DNA of 64,000 nucleotides from an uncultured Mollicutes bacterium (GTDB lineage Bacteria; Bacillota_I; Bacilli_A; RFN20; CAG-826), in the NCBI GenBank assembly GCA_900540395.1, contig UQFQ01000001.1, forward strand, positions 21,809 to 85,808. Direction: 5' to 3'. This document shows, piece after piece, positions 44,018 through 53,011 of the stretch (position 1 is the first letter of the stretch; every line of letters starts with the position of its first letter). Under the pieces are notes generated by a model that saw only the letters and a program-made list of their open reading frames with translations, did not search any database and had not been told where the DNA came from. A program made the position numbers and the translations under genes.

Positions 44018-44365
44018 ATGAAAGAATTTGATGCAGAAAAATTAAAAGAAGAATACCAAGTTAAGTCTAAGAAAACTGGTCTAGAAGAAGCTAAGAAATT
44101 AGACCGTAAGTGTAAATTACCAGTTTATATTTTCACTTATACTTTTGGAATTATTGGTGCATTAATTTTAGGAATTGGAATGTGCCTTGCTATGAATGTG
44201 ATTGGTGGAGGAACAACTTTAATGATAACTTTAGGTATTATTATTGGCTTAATAGGTATTGTTATTGTCAGTGTAAATTATCCACTTTATAGTATCTTTT
44301 TAAGAAAGAGAAAAGAAAAATATTCAAGTGCTATTTTACTTGAATTAAATAAATCGGAAGAATAA
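44018..44365 (+). CDS. Small two-TM membrane protein
   Basis: 115 aa, charged N-terminus, two hydrophobic helices. Divergent from the TetR gene. Confidence 0.5.
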   Translation: MKEFDAEKLKEEYQVKSKKTGLEEAKKLDRKCKLPVYIFTYTFGIIGALILGIGMCLAMNVIGGGTTLMITLGIIIGLIGIVIVSVNYPLYSIFLRKRKEKYSSAILLELNKSEE

Positions 44366-44460
44366 TTGCTATCAATAAGATTAGTAAACACGCAAAAAAT
44401 GACTAGATACTATTTATAAATGTTGTGTTAATATAGGTGTATAAAAGGATGGCACAAACA

Positions 44461-45465
44461 ATGAAAAAAATATTATTTAGAAGTTTAGCTGCATGTTTGC
44501 TTCTTTTTGGCGTAGCTGCTTGTGCAGAACCTGATCCACTACCTGATCTAGATATTCCAGATAATCCAAGTGATCATCCAGGTGGTGGTGATTTAGATGA
44601 TAATGATGATAAAGATGATCTAGACGAAGCTGTAATTGATGAATTTGAAATCATTACTGAAGATAATGGCTTATCTTTAGAAAAAGACACATTTGAATTT
44701 ACAAATGCAAAAGAAGGAGACACCTATCTTTCTTATGAAATTACTGCCTACACCGATAATACATGGAGCCGGGTCACAGGATTAAGGGATGAAGAAACAA
44801 AAATAGTCAGTGAAAATCAAAGCGTGATTCCTGATTCAGCATTAAGTATTTCTATTGTAGACAATAGTGATTTAGTAGGTTCAAGCGGAAGTAATGAGAT
44901 TGAACAAATTAAAATCGAAATCGATAGGTCATTAATTAATCCAGGATCGACTAAAGTTAAATTAAACGTTCACCCATTAAATGGAAGTTCTTCAGTTGCA
45001 AAGTTAACAACACTTTGCTTTAACGCAGTTGTTCATGAATATGGAACAATAGCCATTGAAACTTATAACTTAGATTTTACTTTAGATTTAAGTGGACTTG
45101 ATGAAATTATAGCTGATGTCAATAACCCAGAAAGTGCAACTTTTACAATTTCTGATATGGATGGTGAAACATTTTATGGTTATAACTATGATTCACTTTA
45201 CCAAGTCGATATTCCTTTAGATAATATCCCGGAGGAAATATCATTTTCAGAATTTAAATTTGCTAAAGATCATAAATACAATGTACAAATTTTTATCGAA
45301 GCGGAAGATTATAAAGACCGTAATTGGATAAAAATAAAAGAGAAAAGATCAAGTAGCGACTATAAATTCGTAGATGAAGACTTAAACACTATTTTGACTT
45401 TATCAGATGATGCAATAATTGAAGCAGAATTAGGTGATGTAATTACTTATAACGATATTGTATAA
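44461..45465 (+). CDS. Acidic lipoprotein of unknown function
   Basis: Start trimmed to MKKILFRSLAAC. Lipobox VAACAE. Asp-rich linker (DDNDDKDDLDE). Confidence 0.6.
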   Translation: MKKILFRSLAACLLLFGVAACAEPDPLPDLDIPDNPSDHPGGGDLDDNDDKDDLDEAVIDEFEIITEDNGLSLEKDTFEFTNAKEGDTYLSYEITAYTDNTWSRVTGLRDEETKIVSENQSVIPDSALSISIVDNSDLVGSSGSNEIEQIKIEIDRSLINPGSTKVKLNVHPLNGSSSVAKLTTLCFNAVVHEYGTIAIETYNLDFTLDLSGLDEIIADVNNPESATFTISDMDGETFYGYNYDSLYQVDIPLDNIPEEISFSEFKFAKDHKYNVQIFIEAEDYKDRNWIKIKEKRSSSDYKFVDEDLNTILTLSDDAIIEAELGDVITYNDIV

Positions 45466-45536
45466 AAATAAAAAACATTAAATATTAAAGGTTAGATAAT
45501 TACGTCTAGCCTTTTTATAATTATTAAAGAAAATTT

Positions 45537-46175
45537 ATGAAAAGAGTCGAGGCAAGCAAAAAAGAGAAAATTATTGTTTTTGGAGGGTCGTTTAATCCTT
45601 TATCAAAAGCTCATGGTGATTTAATTCATCTTTTGATTAGTAACTATAAACCAGATCGCTTAATTGTATTGCCTTCCTCTGATGCATTTATTAAAGATAA
45701 AAAACATTTTAAAGCAGAAGATATAATTCCACTTAATAAAAGATTAAAAATATTAAAAGAATTTAATAAACGTAATCGAAAGATTGAAATAGAGTTAATT
45801 GAAATTAATAATCCAACTTTTAAAACTTATGATTCTTTAATGTTTCTTAAAAATAAATACAAAAATAGTGATATTTATTTTGCTTTAGGAAGTGAAAAAA
45901 TAACTAATCTTCATAACTGGTATAAAATCGACGAACTTTTAAAGAATTTTAAGTTCATAGTTTTATATAGAAGTGAAATAAAGGAAACAGAAATTAATTT
46001 AAATAAAGAGGAAATAGTAGTAAAGAATAAAAGTTCTTTTATTTTCTTTAATTTTAAAAAAGATCTTCACGATATTTCTTCGACTAAAATAAGGGAATTA
46101 ATTAAAAATAAAGACTATGAAACCTTAAATAGATTTACTTATAAATTTGTAATTAATGAATTATTAAAAGATTAA
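45537..46175 (+). CDS. nadD: Nicotinate(nicotinamide)-nucleotide adenylyltransferase-like
   Basis: FGGSFNPLSKAHGDL (GxFxPxHxxH) and ISSTKIRE motifs. Confidence 0.75.
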   Translation: MKRVEASKKEKIIVFGGSFNPLSKAHGDLIHLLISNYKPDRLIVLPSSDAFIKDKKHFKAEDIIPLNKRLKILKEFNKRNRKIEIELIEINNPTFKTYDSLMFLKNKYKNSDIYFALGSEKITNLHNWYKIDELLKNFKFIVLYRSEIKETEINLNKEEIVVKNKSSFIFFNFKKDLHDISSTKIRELIKNKDYETLNRFTYKFVINELLKD

Positions 46176-47071
46176 TTTTCTGGAAAATATTTTTTATAGA
46201 GATTATTGATATTATTAATTGCTTTAGGAAATAACTTAAAGAATTTTGTTTTATGTGAAGAAAGATAATCACCATTTAAAGATGAATCAATTTCTATTTT
46301 TGCTAAATCATATTTTCCATTAACTTTCCAGTTTTGAAGCATGCCAATATTGATGGCATCTTTTGGACAAAAGAAGGAGCAGCGCATACACATTAAGCAA
46401 TGGTTGTTAAATTTAATTTTATTTGTTTTAGGGTCGATAGTAATGTTATTGATAGGGCATTCTTTAATACATTTCTTGCACATAATGCATTTTGAATAAT
46501 CAACTTTATAAAAATACGAATTCAATGGTCCACCTAATCTTTGAATTTTAAAAACAAAAGAGTTGAATGCATAAAACAGATTATATTTAACTTTACGAAT
46601 GATGTTATTTTTAAATTCATAGATTAAAATATTTAAAAGTTTATTGTTATACTTAAACAACTCTTTAATGAAATTATCGTCATATCTGAAATGAATGTTA
46701 TAAGGCATTAAAAAGTGATACTCACCAAAAAGAATAGCTTTCTCGCGATTAATTTTTCTTATTAAAGAATAAGAAGAGGAGTTATTTAACTTTAATGGTT
46801 CGCCACTTTGTTTAGCGATAATTATTTTTTGATTTTTATGAAAGTGAAGTTTTTTAACAAATCGATCGAAAATAATTGGTGTATTAAAAGCATAAATTGG
46901 GTAAGAAAAAATTATTAAATCATAGGAAGTTAAAGAAATTTGATTAGAGGTACCATCAATTGCAAAAGTAGTGATTTCTCCTAGCTCTTCTTTTTGAAAT
47001 CTTTCTTTAATTTTCTCCACTAAATATTTAGTGTTATATGTGCCAGTAAAATAAATTACAATTGTTTTCAT
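46172..47071 (-). CDS. Flavodoxin-like domain fused to 2x[4Fe-4S] ferredoxin (EFR1-type)
   Basis: IVIYFTGTYNTKYL N-terminus. CIMCKKCIKECP and CLMCMRCSFFCP clusters. Confidence 0.7.
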   Translation of the reverse strand: MKTIVIYFTGTYNTKYLVEKIKERFQKEELGEITTFAIDGTSNQISLTSYDLIIFSYPIYAFNTPIIFDRFVKKLHFHKNQKIIIAKQSGEPLKLNNSSSYSLIRKINREKAILFGEYHFLMPYNIHFRYDDNFIKELFKYNNKLLNILIYEFKNNIIRKVKYNLFYAFNSFVFKIQRLGGPLNSYFYKVDYSKCIMCKKCIKECPINNITIDPKTNKIKFNNHCLMCMRCSFFCPKDAINIGMLQNWKVNGKYDLAKIEIDSSLNGDYLSSHKTKFFKLFPKAINNINNLYKKYFPEN

Positions 47072-47991
47072 TTGGAATTAATCTTGTTTGTTAAATTATA
47101 AATTTTTCTATTTTCATCCAGATTTAAAAGGTTTTTCTTTAAATTATAGATTTTTGGATAGCCCCAAGAATGGAATAAACCACGTGGTCCAATCCGACTT
47201 TTAAAAGGAGTATAATCACAATCTAAAGCCTTTAAGATTGATAAAGAAGCTTTAGCACTATCCATAAAAATAAGCTTCATTATAGAAGGAGCAAAGATAT
47301 AAAAGAGTTTATTGTAAGCTTTATTTTTCTTGTCAAAAAGTTTAGTTACAGCAATTCCTGGATGAGATAAAGTGATATTAGAATTGTTAGTTTCTTTTAA
47401 ATATAAAAGATAACTACTTAAAAGATGCTTTGAAACTGCATAACGCTTAGTTTTGTTTTTAATGTTATTTAATGTAGCAAGGTAGGAATTTTGATCTTGA
47501 AGAAGTGTCTTTTTCCTTTTAAGTTTTGTGGTTGAAGTTAAACTACTTACAACAATTATTTTGGTCTGAGGCTTAATTTTTAATATCTCGCTTATTAAGT
47601 AAGCTGGGCGAAAATAATTTACTAGATAAGTTTTTTCTATCTTATCTATAAGCTCATATTTTTGATGATAAATCCCGCTTACATTTACAAAATAATCGAG
47701 ATTTGCAAGGTTTTTTACAAAATCGATGGTATTTTGAATTGAATTTTCATCTAAATAATCGAAATAAATTATCATAATTTTATTATGAAATTTTCTTTCT
47801 AATTCTTCTTTTAATTTATTACCTTCATTAATATTTCTAACTAAAAGATATAAGTCATTCTTTAAATAAGATAGATAAGTTGCTAAAGAAGAACCAATTC
47901 CTCCGGTTGCTCCATTTAATAAAATGGTTTTATTTTTGATGTTAATAATGTTTTCATCAATCCACTTAAAATACTTTTCTTCTTTCCTCAT
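47068..47991 (-). CDS. Short-chain dehydrogenase/reductase (SDR) family
   Basis: LNGATGGIGSSLA (TGxxxGxG) and YAVSK (YxxxK). 4-nt overlap with the downstream gene. Confidence 0.75.
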   Translation of the reverse strand: MRKEEKYFKWIDENIINIKNKTILLNGATGGIGSSLATYLSYLKNDLYLLVRNINEGNKLKEELERKFHNKIMIIYFDYLDENSIQNTIDFVKNLANLDYFVNVSGIYHQKYELIDKIEKTYLVNYFRPAYLISEILKIKPQTKIIVVSSLTSTTKLKRKKTLLQDQNSYLATLNNIKNKTKRYAVSKHLLSSYLLYLKETNNSNITLSHPGIAVTKLFDKKNKAYNKLFYIFAPSIMKLIFMDSAKASLSILKALDCDYTPFKSRIGPRGLFHSWGYPKIYNLKKNLLNLDENRKIYNLTNKINSK

Positions 47992-48086
47992 ACTTATAAA
48001 ATTTTAAAGAATTTCTTTTAAAGAATAAACTTTTTATTTTGGTAAGAAGGCAAGGCATGTACAATGTTGTTATACGAGGAATAATT

Positions 48087-48692
48087 ATGGAATTTATAAA
48101 AATAAAAGTTACTTGGGAAGATTATCCTGAAAATTTATATCGAATAATATTGGTTGAGAAAAACATTACACTTGAAGAATTGGATACTGTTTTATGTCTT
48201 TTGCTTAAAACTAGATTTGAACATTTATCACTATTTAGAGCTGGAAAAACAACATATATAAATGAAGAGTATGTTGAACTTCCAAATCAGATTCCTTATG
48301 AAAACGTAAAACTAGTTGACGTTTTAGATAAAGAGAAACAAATTCTTTTTGATTATGATTTAGGCGCTGGCTATAGATTTATTGTTAAAAGATGTTCTAA
48401 GTATTTTTATGAGTATCCTTTTAAAACTAATGCTATATTAGTTGAAGCTAAAGGAGATGGAATATTTGAAGACAATATGTCAGATTTATATAGCATAATG
48501 GAAAATGAAGAGCTTGATGAATCAGAAGAAAGAACGGGATCTTTTGGCGAACCATTACCAAAAGATTATAATTTCTTTCAAGAATTTGATTACGATTACA
48601 TCAATAGTGTTTTAATAAAAGGAATTAACTATTTTATTTCTTGGCAAGATGATGGTCTTAATGATGATTTAATTGCTAAAGACGCTGATTAA
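48087..48692 (+). CDS. Possible pRiA4b ORF-3-like family protein
   Basis: IKIKVTWEDYPENLYRIILVEKNITLEELDTVLCLLLKTRFEHLSLF resembles the N-terminal pattern of that family as I recall it. Start trimmed to MEFIKIKV. Confidence 0.4.
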   Translation: MEFIKIKVTWEDYPENLYRIILVEKNITLEELDTVLCLLLKTRFEHLSLFRAGKTTYINEEYVELPNQIPYENVKLVDVLDKEKQILFDYDLGAGYRFIVKRCSKYFYEYPFKTNAILVEAKGDGIFEDNMSDLYSIMENEELDESEERTGSFGEPLPKDYNFFQEFDYDYINSVLIKGINYFISWQDDGLNDDLIAKDAD

Positions 48693-48708
48693 TATCATCT
48701 TTTCTTTA

Positions 48709-49587
48709 TTATTTCTTATAAGTTTTAATGATAAAATCAATTACTTTTTTAGTAGTTGATGTGATTGTTTTGTTCTTTTTATAAGCGATAACAATATCAA
48801 ATTTAATATTTTCTTCAAGCGGAATTCCAATAATATCTTCGCCTTCTTTAATAACTTGGTTAAACAAAAAGGCGCCAATGTCACTATGTAAAAGTAGTTC
48901 TTTGATAGTGGCAATTTGATCCGATAATAAGCGAATATTTGGTGTAATCTTATACCTTAAAAAATAATCATAAACAATTTTATATTGAAGGGAATCTTCT
49001 TTTAAAAGAATAAGAGGAATATTTGACAATTCTTTAATCGATATTGATTTTCGACTTGCTAAAGGATGAGATTTATTAACTGCGAAAATCAATGATGTTT
49101 CGTCAATTTTTTCATAATCTAGTTTTGGGTCAATAATTCCATTATTTATTACGGTTAAGGCAACGTCTATTTCATCATTTATGACCGCTTTTTGATTTGC
49201 GTGGCTTGCAAGTTCAGTCATTCTAAGAAAAACATTAGGATATTTTTGAGTAAAAGCTTGAAAGATAGGCGCAAAAATAAAACCACCTAACATTGGAGGT
49301 ATTCCAATTTTAATAGTCGAATTTGTCATAAGATAGTCTTCCATCTGACTATTAATATTTTTAAAAAGTGACACGATTGGACGCGCGATGCGATAAAGAT
49401 ACTTTCCTGCATCAGTTAATGTTAACTCATTATTGTTGCGTATAAAAAGCTCACAACCAAGCTCTTTTTCTAAGTTTTTAATTGCAGTGGAAATAGCTGG
49501 TTGGGAAACAAAATAAAGTTTACTTGTTCTAGTAAAAGAATTTGTTTCAGCACAAGCAATAAAGTAAATTAGTTGATCCATTGTCAT
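48709..49587 (-). CDS. LysR-family transcriptional regulator
   Basis: MTMDQLIYFIACAETNSFTRTSKLYFVSQPAISTAIKNLEKELG HTH plus a substrate-binding domain. Divergent from the lipoprotein cluster. Confidence 0.85.
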   Translation of the reverse strand: MTMDQLIYFIACAETNSFTRTSKLYFVSQPAISTAIKNLEKELGCELFIRNNNELTLTDAGKYLYRIARPIVSLFKNINSQMEDYLMTNSTIKIGIPPMLGGFIFAPIFQAFTQKYPNVFLRMTELASHANQKAVINDEIDVALTVINNGIIDPKLDYEKIDETSLIFAVNKSHPLASRKSISIKELSNIPLILLKEDSLQYKIVYDYFLRYKITPNIRLLSDQIATIKELLLHSDIGAFLFNQVIKEGEDIIGIPLEENIKFDIVIAYKKNKTITSTTKKVIDFIIKTYKK

Positions 49588-49724
49588 ATTAAGATAATAT
49601 ACCATAAATAAAATTTATGGAACTATAAGTTTTTAATTCGGTAAAAAATACTTTATTTAATTGAGTAAGCGCTTTCATGAGCCTAATATTTACATAGATA
49701 ATATAAATGGAGGCGATTTTAAAT

Positions 49725-50918
49725 ATGCTTTTTAGAAAATCTAAATTTTTACCATTAATAATTTTTATAGGCTTAAGCGGTATTTTAACTAGTTGTAATC
49801 AGGAAACGAATACCGGATTTGATGGTAAAAGTTACGATATTTCCAGTGGGCAAGATAATTCTTTGCTAGCTAAGTTAGATAAAGTAAGTGGTGGATACAA
49901 AATTACCTTATCTGGAACTGGAACAAGTGAAGATTTTTCAGAAGAAAACAAAGTACCATGGTATTCAATACTTCCAAAAATTAAAGAAGTTGAAATTAAA
50001 GATGGAGTAAGTGGACTTGGTGATAATATCTTTAGCAACATTGATTTAACTTACTATTATTTACCAGCTTCATTAACTACAATCAGCGAAACTTCTTTTA
50101 AAGAAGGAGAAACTTTATACTCATATGCAGATAATGTTTCAAATTCTGAAAATTTTGATATTTATTATTATTCAGAAACTATGCCTACTTCAAAGGATAA
50201 AAAGTATTGGCGTTTAGTTAATAACTCTCCAATTGCTTGGATTATTGAACATATGAATGCTCTTTTTGTTGGCAATAGCTTCACTTTTTATAACGATATG
50301 CCAAAAATTGCTGAGAGTATTGCAAAAGATTTAGGTTATGACTTAACTTGTGATTCAGTAACCGTTGGAAGTCATACTTTAGAACAATATGCAGATGTTA
50401 CAGATGAATATGGAAAGATTCTTGATGATAAATTAAAGAGCTCAACAGTTTATAACTTTGTTATATTGCAAGAACAATCAACCAGATCTTATACACATTT
50501 TGATAGTTTTGAAAAAGGTGTAAGCACCTTAGTTAATAAAATCCATTCAACACAAGAAAATGCTGAAATATCTTTATATGAAACTTGGGGGTTTGAAGAA
50601 GAAGCCAAGGCTAAACAATGGACCATTCCACAAATGGAAGATGAAATTTGTGCTAAATATGAAGAAGTAGGCAAAAAGTATAATTTACCAATTCATTATG
50701 TTGGTGAAGCTTTTAGTCAAGTTTATGAAAATCATAAAGAAATTAATTTATATGCAGATGATAATAAGCATCCTTCTTATGAAGGTAGCTATTTATCAGC
50801 TTTAGTTCACATTGGAACTATGTTTAACTGTGATGTAACAAGTACCGCATTCAATGGTGAATTAAGTGAAGAAACGGCAAATACATTAAAAGCAGTTGCT
50901 TCTAATGTTATTTTTTAG
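49725..50918 (+). CDS. Lipoprotein: N-terminal BspA-like repeat segment plus C-terminal SGNH/DUF4886-like hydrolase domain
   Basis: Start trimmed to MLFRKSKFLPL. Lipobox LTSCNQ. VPWYSILPKIKEVEIKDGVSGLGDNIF. ALFVGNSFTFYNDMP block typical of SGNH-like proteins. Confidence 0.6.
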   Translation: MLFRKSKFLPLIIFIGLSGILTSCNQETNTGFDGKSYDISSGQDNSLLAKLDKVSGGYKITLSGTGTSEDFSEENKVPWYSILPKIKEVEIKDGVSGLGDNIFSNIDLTYYYLPASLTTISETSFKEGETLYSYADNVSNSENFDIYYYSETMPTSKDKKYWRLVNNSPIAWIIEHMNALFVGNSFTFYNDMPKIAESIAKDLGYDLTCDSVTVGSHTLEQYADVTDEYGKILDDKLKSSTVYNFVILQEQSTRSYTHFDSFEKGVSTLVNKIHSTQENAEISLYETWGFEEEAKAKQWTIPQMEDEICAKYEEVGKKYNLPIHYVGEAFSQVYENHKEINLYADDNKHPSYEGSYLSALVHIGTMFNCDVTSTAFNGELSEETANTLKAVASNVIF

Positions 50919-50931
50919 GAGGAAGAATTAA

Positions 50932-52218
50932 ATGAAGAAAAGAAGATTGCCAATAATTGCTACTTCATTAATGTCTCTTCTCTTTTTAGGTAGTTGTGCG
51001 GAAACACTTCCACCTGAAAATGAGCAAAACTATGCTCATTATTATCTAGTTAGTTTCTATGTTGATAATGATTTATATAGGACAGCTAGAGTTAAAGAAG
51101 GCGAGACAATTGGAGAAATTATTGAAGCACCAACTAAAGACGATTATAACTTTGTTGGTTGGCAAACTAATGATGGAGTTGCCTTTGATTTAGCAACAAG
51201 TACTGTTAATTCGTCTTTAAGTCTTTATGCTAATTTTGAATTAATTAATAAGCCTTCGACCGGAGAAGATGAGTCAACTTTAAATGTCACTGACACTAAA
51301 GATCAAACAAAAGACTACTATTTAGTAATTGGGTGGTATGGTAAAACTGAAACTTCAGGTTTGGATGCAAGTTTAATGCAACATTTTTATGCTAATGCAC
51401 GTGTATTCATGAGAGCAAAAGGCGTTAGTGAAGAAGATCTTGAAAGAGTAAGCGTTAGACAATATGGTGGCGCTGATACTGGTGTTGCTGACATGGGCGC
51501 CTTTATTAATGCAGACGCTGATGTAGATTTAGTTGTTGGAATTGGAAATAATATTAATTCAACTGCTGGTGTAGACGTTATTGAAAAAGCTGGCGAAATT
51601 CCAATGGGTGGAAAATCAAGATTTATTGCTCGTTTGACTGAAAATGAAATGGCAAAGTCGCTTTACGATTTTATTGTTACCGACACAGGAAAACAAATGT
51701 TTGATGAATCGTTTGTTCTAAACGAGGCTGATATTCCAGAAAACCCTGCAGAATCCACATCAAATGTTGAAAATGTAAAGGATCCTACCAAAACCTATAG
51801 TTTAGTTGTTGGCTGGTATGGAAGAACATCAAAGTCTTATGTGACTGTAGAAATAATGGAACATTTTTACTCCAATTTAAAAATTTATCTAGAAACATCT
51901 GGAGTAAGTGATGATGATATTAATGCCGTTAGCATAAGAAGATACGGGGATGAATCAACACAAGTTGGACCAATGGCAGAACAAGTTAATGCTGATGGTG
52001 ATGTCGACGTTTTAGTAGGTGTTGGTGGTTCATATGGAGATTTAACTGCTCTTGAAACAATAGAAGACATTCCAATGGGTGGTAGTGAAAGAAATATTAT
52101 CAGATTATCTGAGGATGAAATTGGCAAAAATCTTTGTAGTTTCATAAGTACAACAGATGCTGGAAAGAAAATGTTTGATGAAACATTTACCTTAACTCCA
52201 GAAGATGTAACTAAATAG
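50932..52218 (+). CDS. Lipoprotein: Listeria-Bacteroides (Flg_new-type) repeat followed by two copies of an unassigned ~130-aa domain
   Basis: Lipobox LGSCAE. YLVSFYVDN...YNFVGWQT...LYANFE. Then two units starting Y.LV.GWYG(K/R)T and ending K.MFDE(S/T)F. Confidence 0.65.
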   Translation: MKKRRLPIIATSLMSLLFLGSCAETLPPENEQNYAHYYLVSFYVDNDLYRTARVKEGETIGEIIEAPTKDDYNFVGWQTNDGVAFDLATSTVNSSLSLYANFELINKPSTGEDESTLNVTDTKDQTKDYYLVIGWYGKTETSGLDASLMQHFYANARVFMRAKGVSEEDLERVSVRQYGGADTGVADMGAFINADADVDLVVGIGNNINSTAGVDVIEKAGEIPMGGKSRFIARLTENEMAKSLYDFIVTDTGKQMFDESFVLNEADIPENPAESTSNVENVKDPTKTYSLVVGWYGRTSKSYVTVEIMEHFYSNLKIYLETSGVSDDDINAVSIRRYGDESTQVGPMAEQVNADGDVDVLVGVGGSYGDLTALETIEDIPMGGSERNIIRLSEDEIGKNLCSFISTTDAGKKMFDETFTLTPEDVTK

Positions 52219-52233
52219 TGGAGGCGAATCTTG

Positions 52234-52998
52234 ATGAGATTTAAAAAGAAATTTTTGGTTTTACCAATTGCATTAATGACATTATCAAGTTGTGAAATGC
52301 TTCAAGGTTTAGAAGAAGAAATTAATGTAGTTTTCGAGTACAATAACCAAATTATTTATAGTGATTATACAACTCAATTCAGAAATGTATTGATGCCAAC
52401 TTTAAGCGAAGAACAAATACCAGTTGATCATGAATTTTATGGATGGACATGGTTAAATCCTGATTCAGTTTCAATAAAAGATGCTGATTTTGCAGAGAAA
52501 TACTTTGAAAAGGATGGTGTAATTCATTTAGCTGATGTTAAAGATTATGCTTTTAATAGTACAGTAACATTACATCCTGTCTTTGTTTTAGAAGATGATA
52601 TTCCTATTCCAAATTATTACATTGCTATTGGTTGGTATGGAAAAACTTCAACAAGTGGTCTTGACCAAGCACGAGTTGATGCTTGGACGGTAGATTTAAA
52701 AGCATTCTTAAAAGCCGAAGGGGCTACTGATGACGATTTGAACAACATTGTAATCAATAAATATGAAGGCGATGTTGCCACTGCTGGTAGCTTAATTAAC
52801 AAAGATCGTTATATTGATGTTCTTATTGGGTTTGGAAAGAACATTGGTAGTACTGGTGGAGTTGAATACATTAACAATATTGGTGGAATTATAATGGGTG
52901 GAAAAGAAAGATATATCACTCAACTTACTGAAAAAGAAACCGCTGTTAAAGTTTTCAACTGGTTACAAACACCAGAAGGGAATGCTTCATTAGCATAA
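52234..52998 (+). CDS. Lipoprotein: Flg_new-type repeat followed by one copy of the same unassigned domain
   Basis: ATG 52234. Lipobox LSSCEM. HEFYGWTW...LHPVF. Then YYIAIGWYGKTSTSGLD...IMGGKERYITQLTEKE. Confidence 0.65.
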   Translation: MRFKKKFLVLPIALMTLSSCEMLQGLEEEINVVFEYNNQIIYSDYTTQFRNVLMPTLSEEQIPVDHEFYGWTWLNPDSVSIKDADFAEKYFEKDGVIHLADVKDYAFNSTVTLHPVFVLEDDIPIPNYYIAIGWYGKTSTSGLDQARVDAWTVDLKAFLKAEGATDDDLNNIVINKYEGDVATAGSLINKDRYIDVLIGFGKNIGSTGGVEYINNIGGIIMGGKERYITQLTEKETAVKVFNWLQTPEGNASLA

Positions 52999-53011
52999 AA
53001 AGGAGTAAGAT

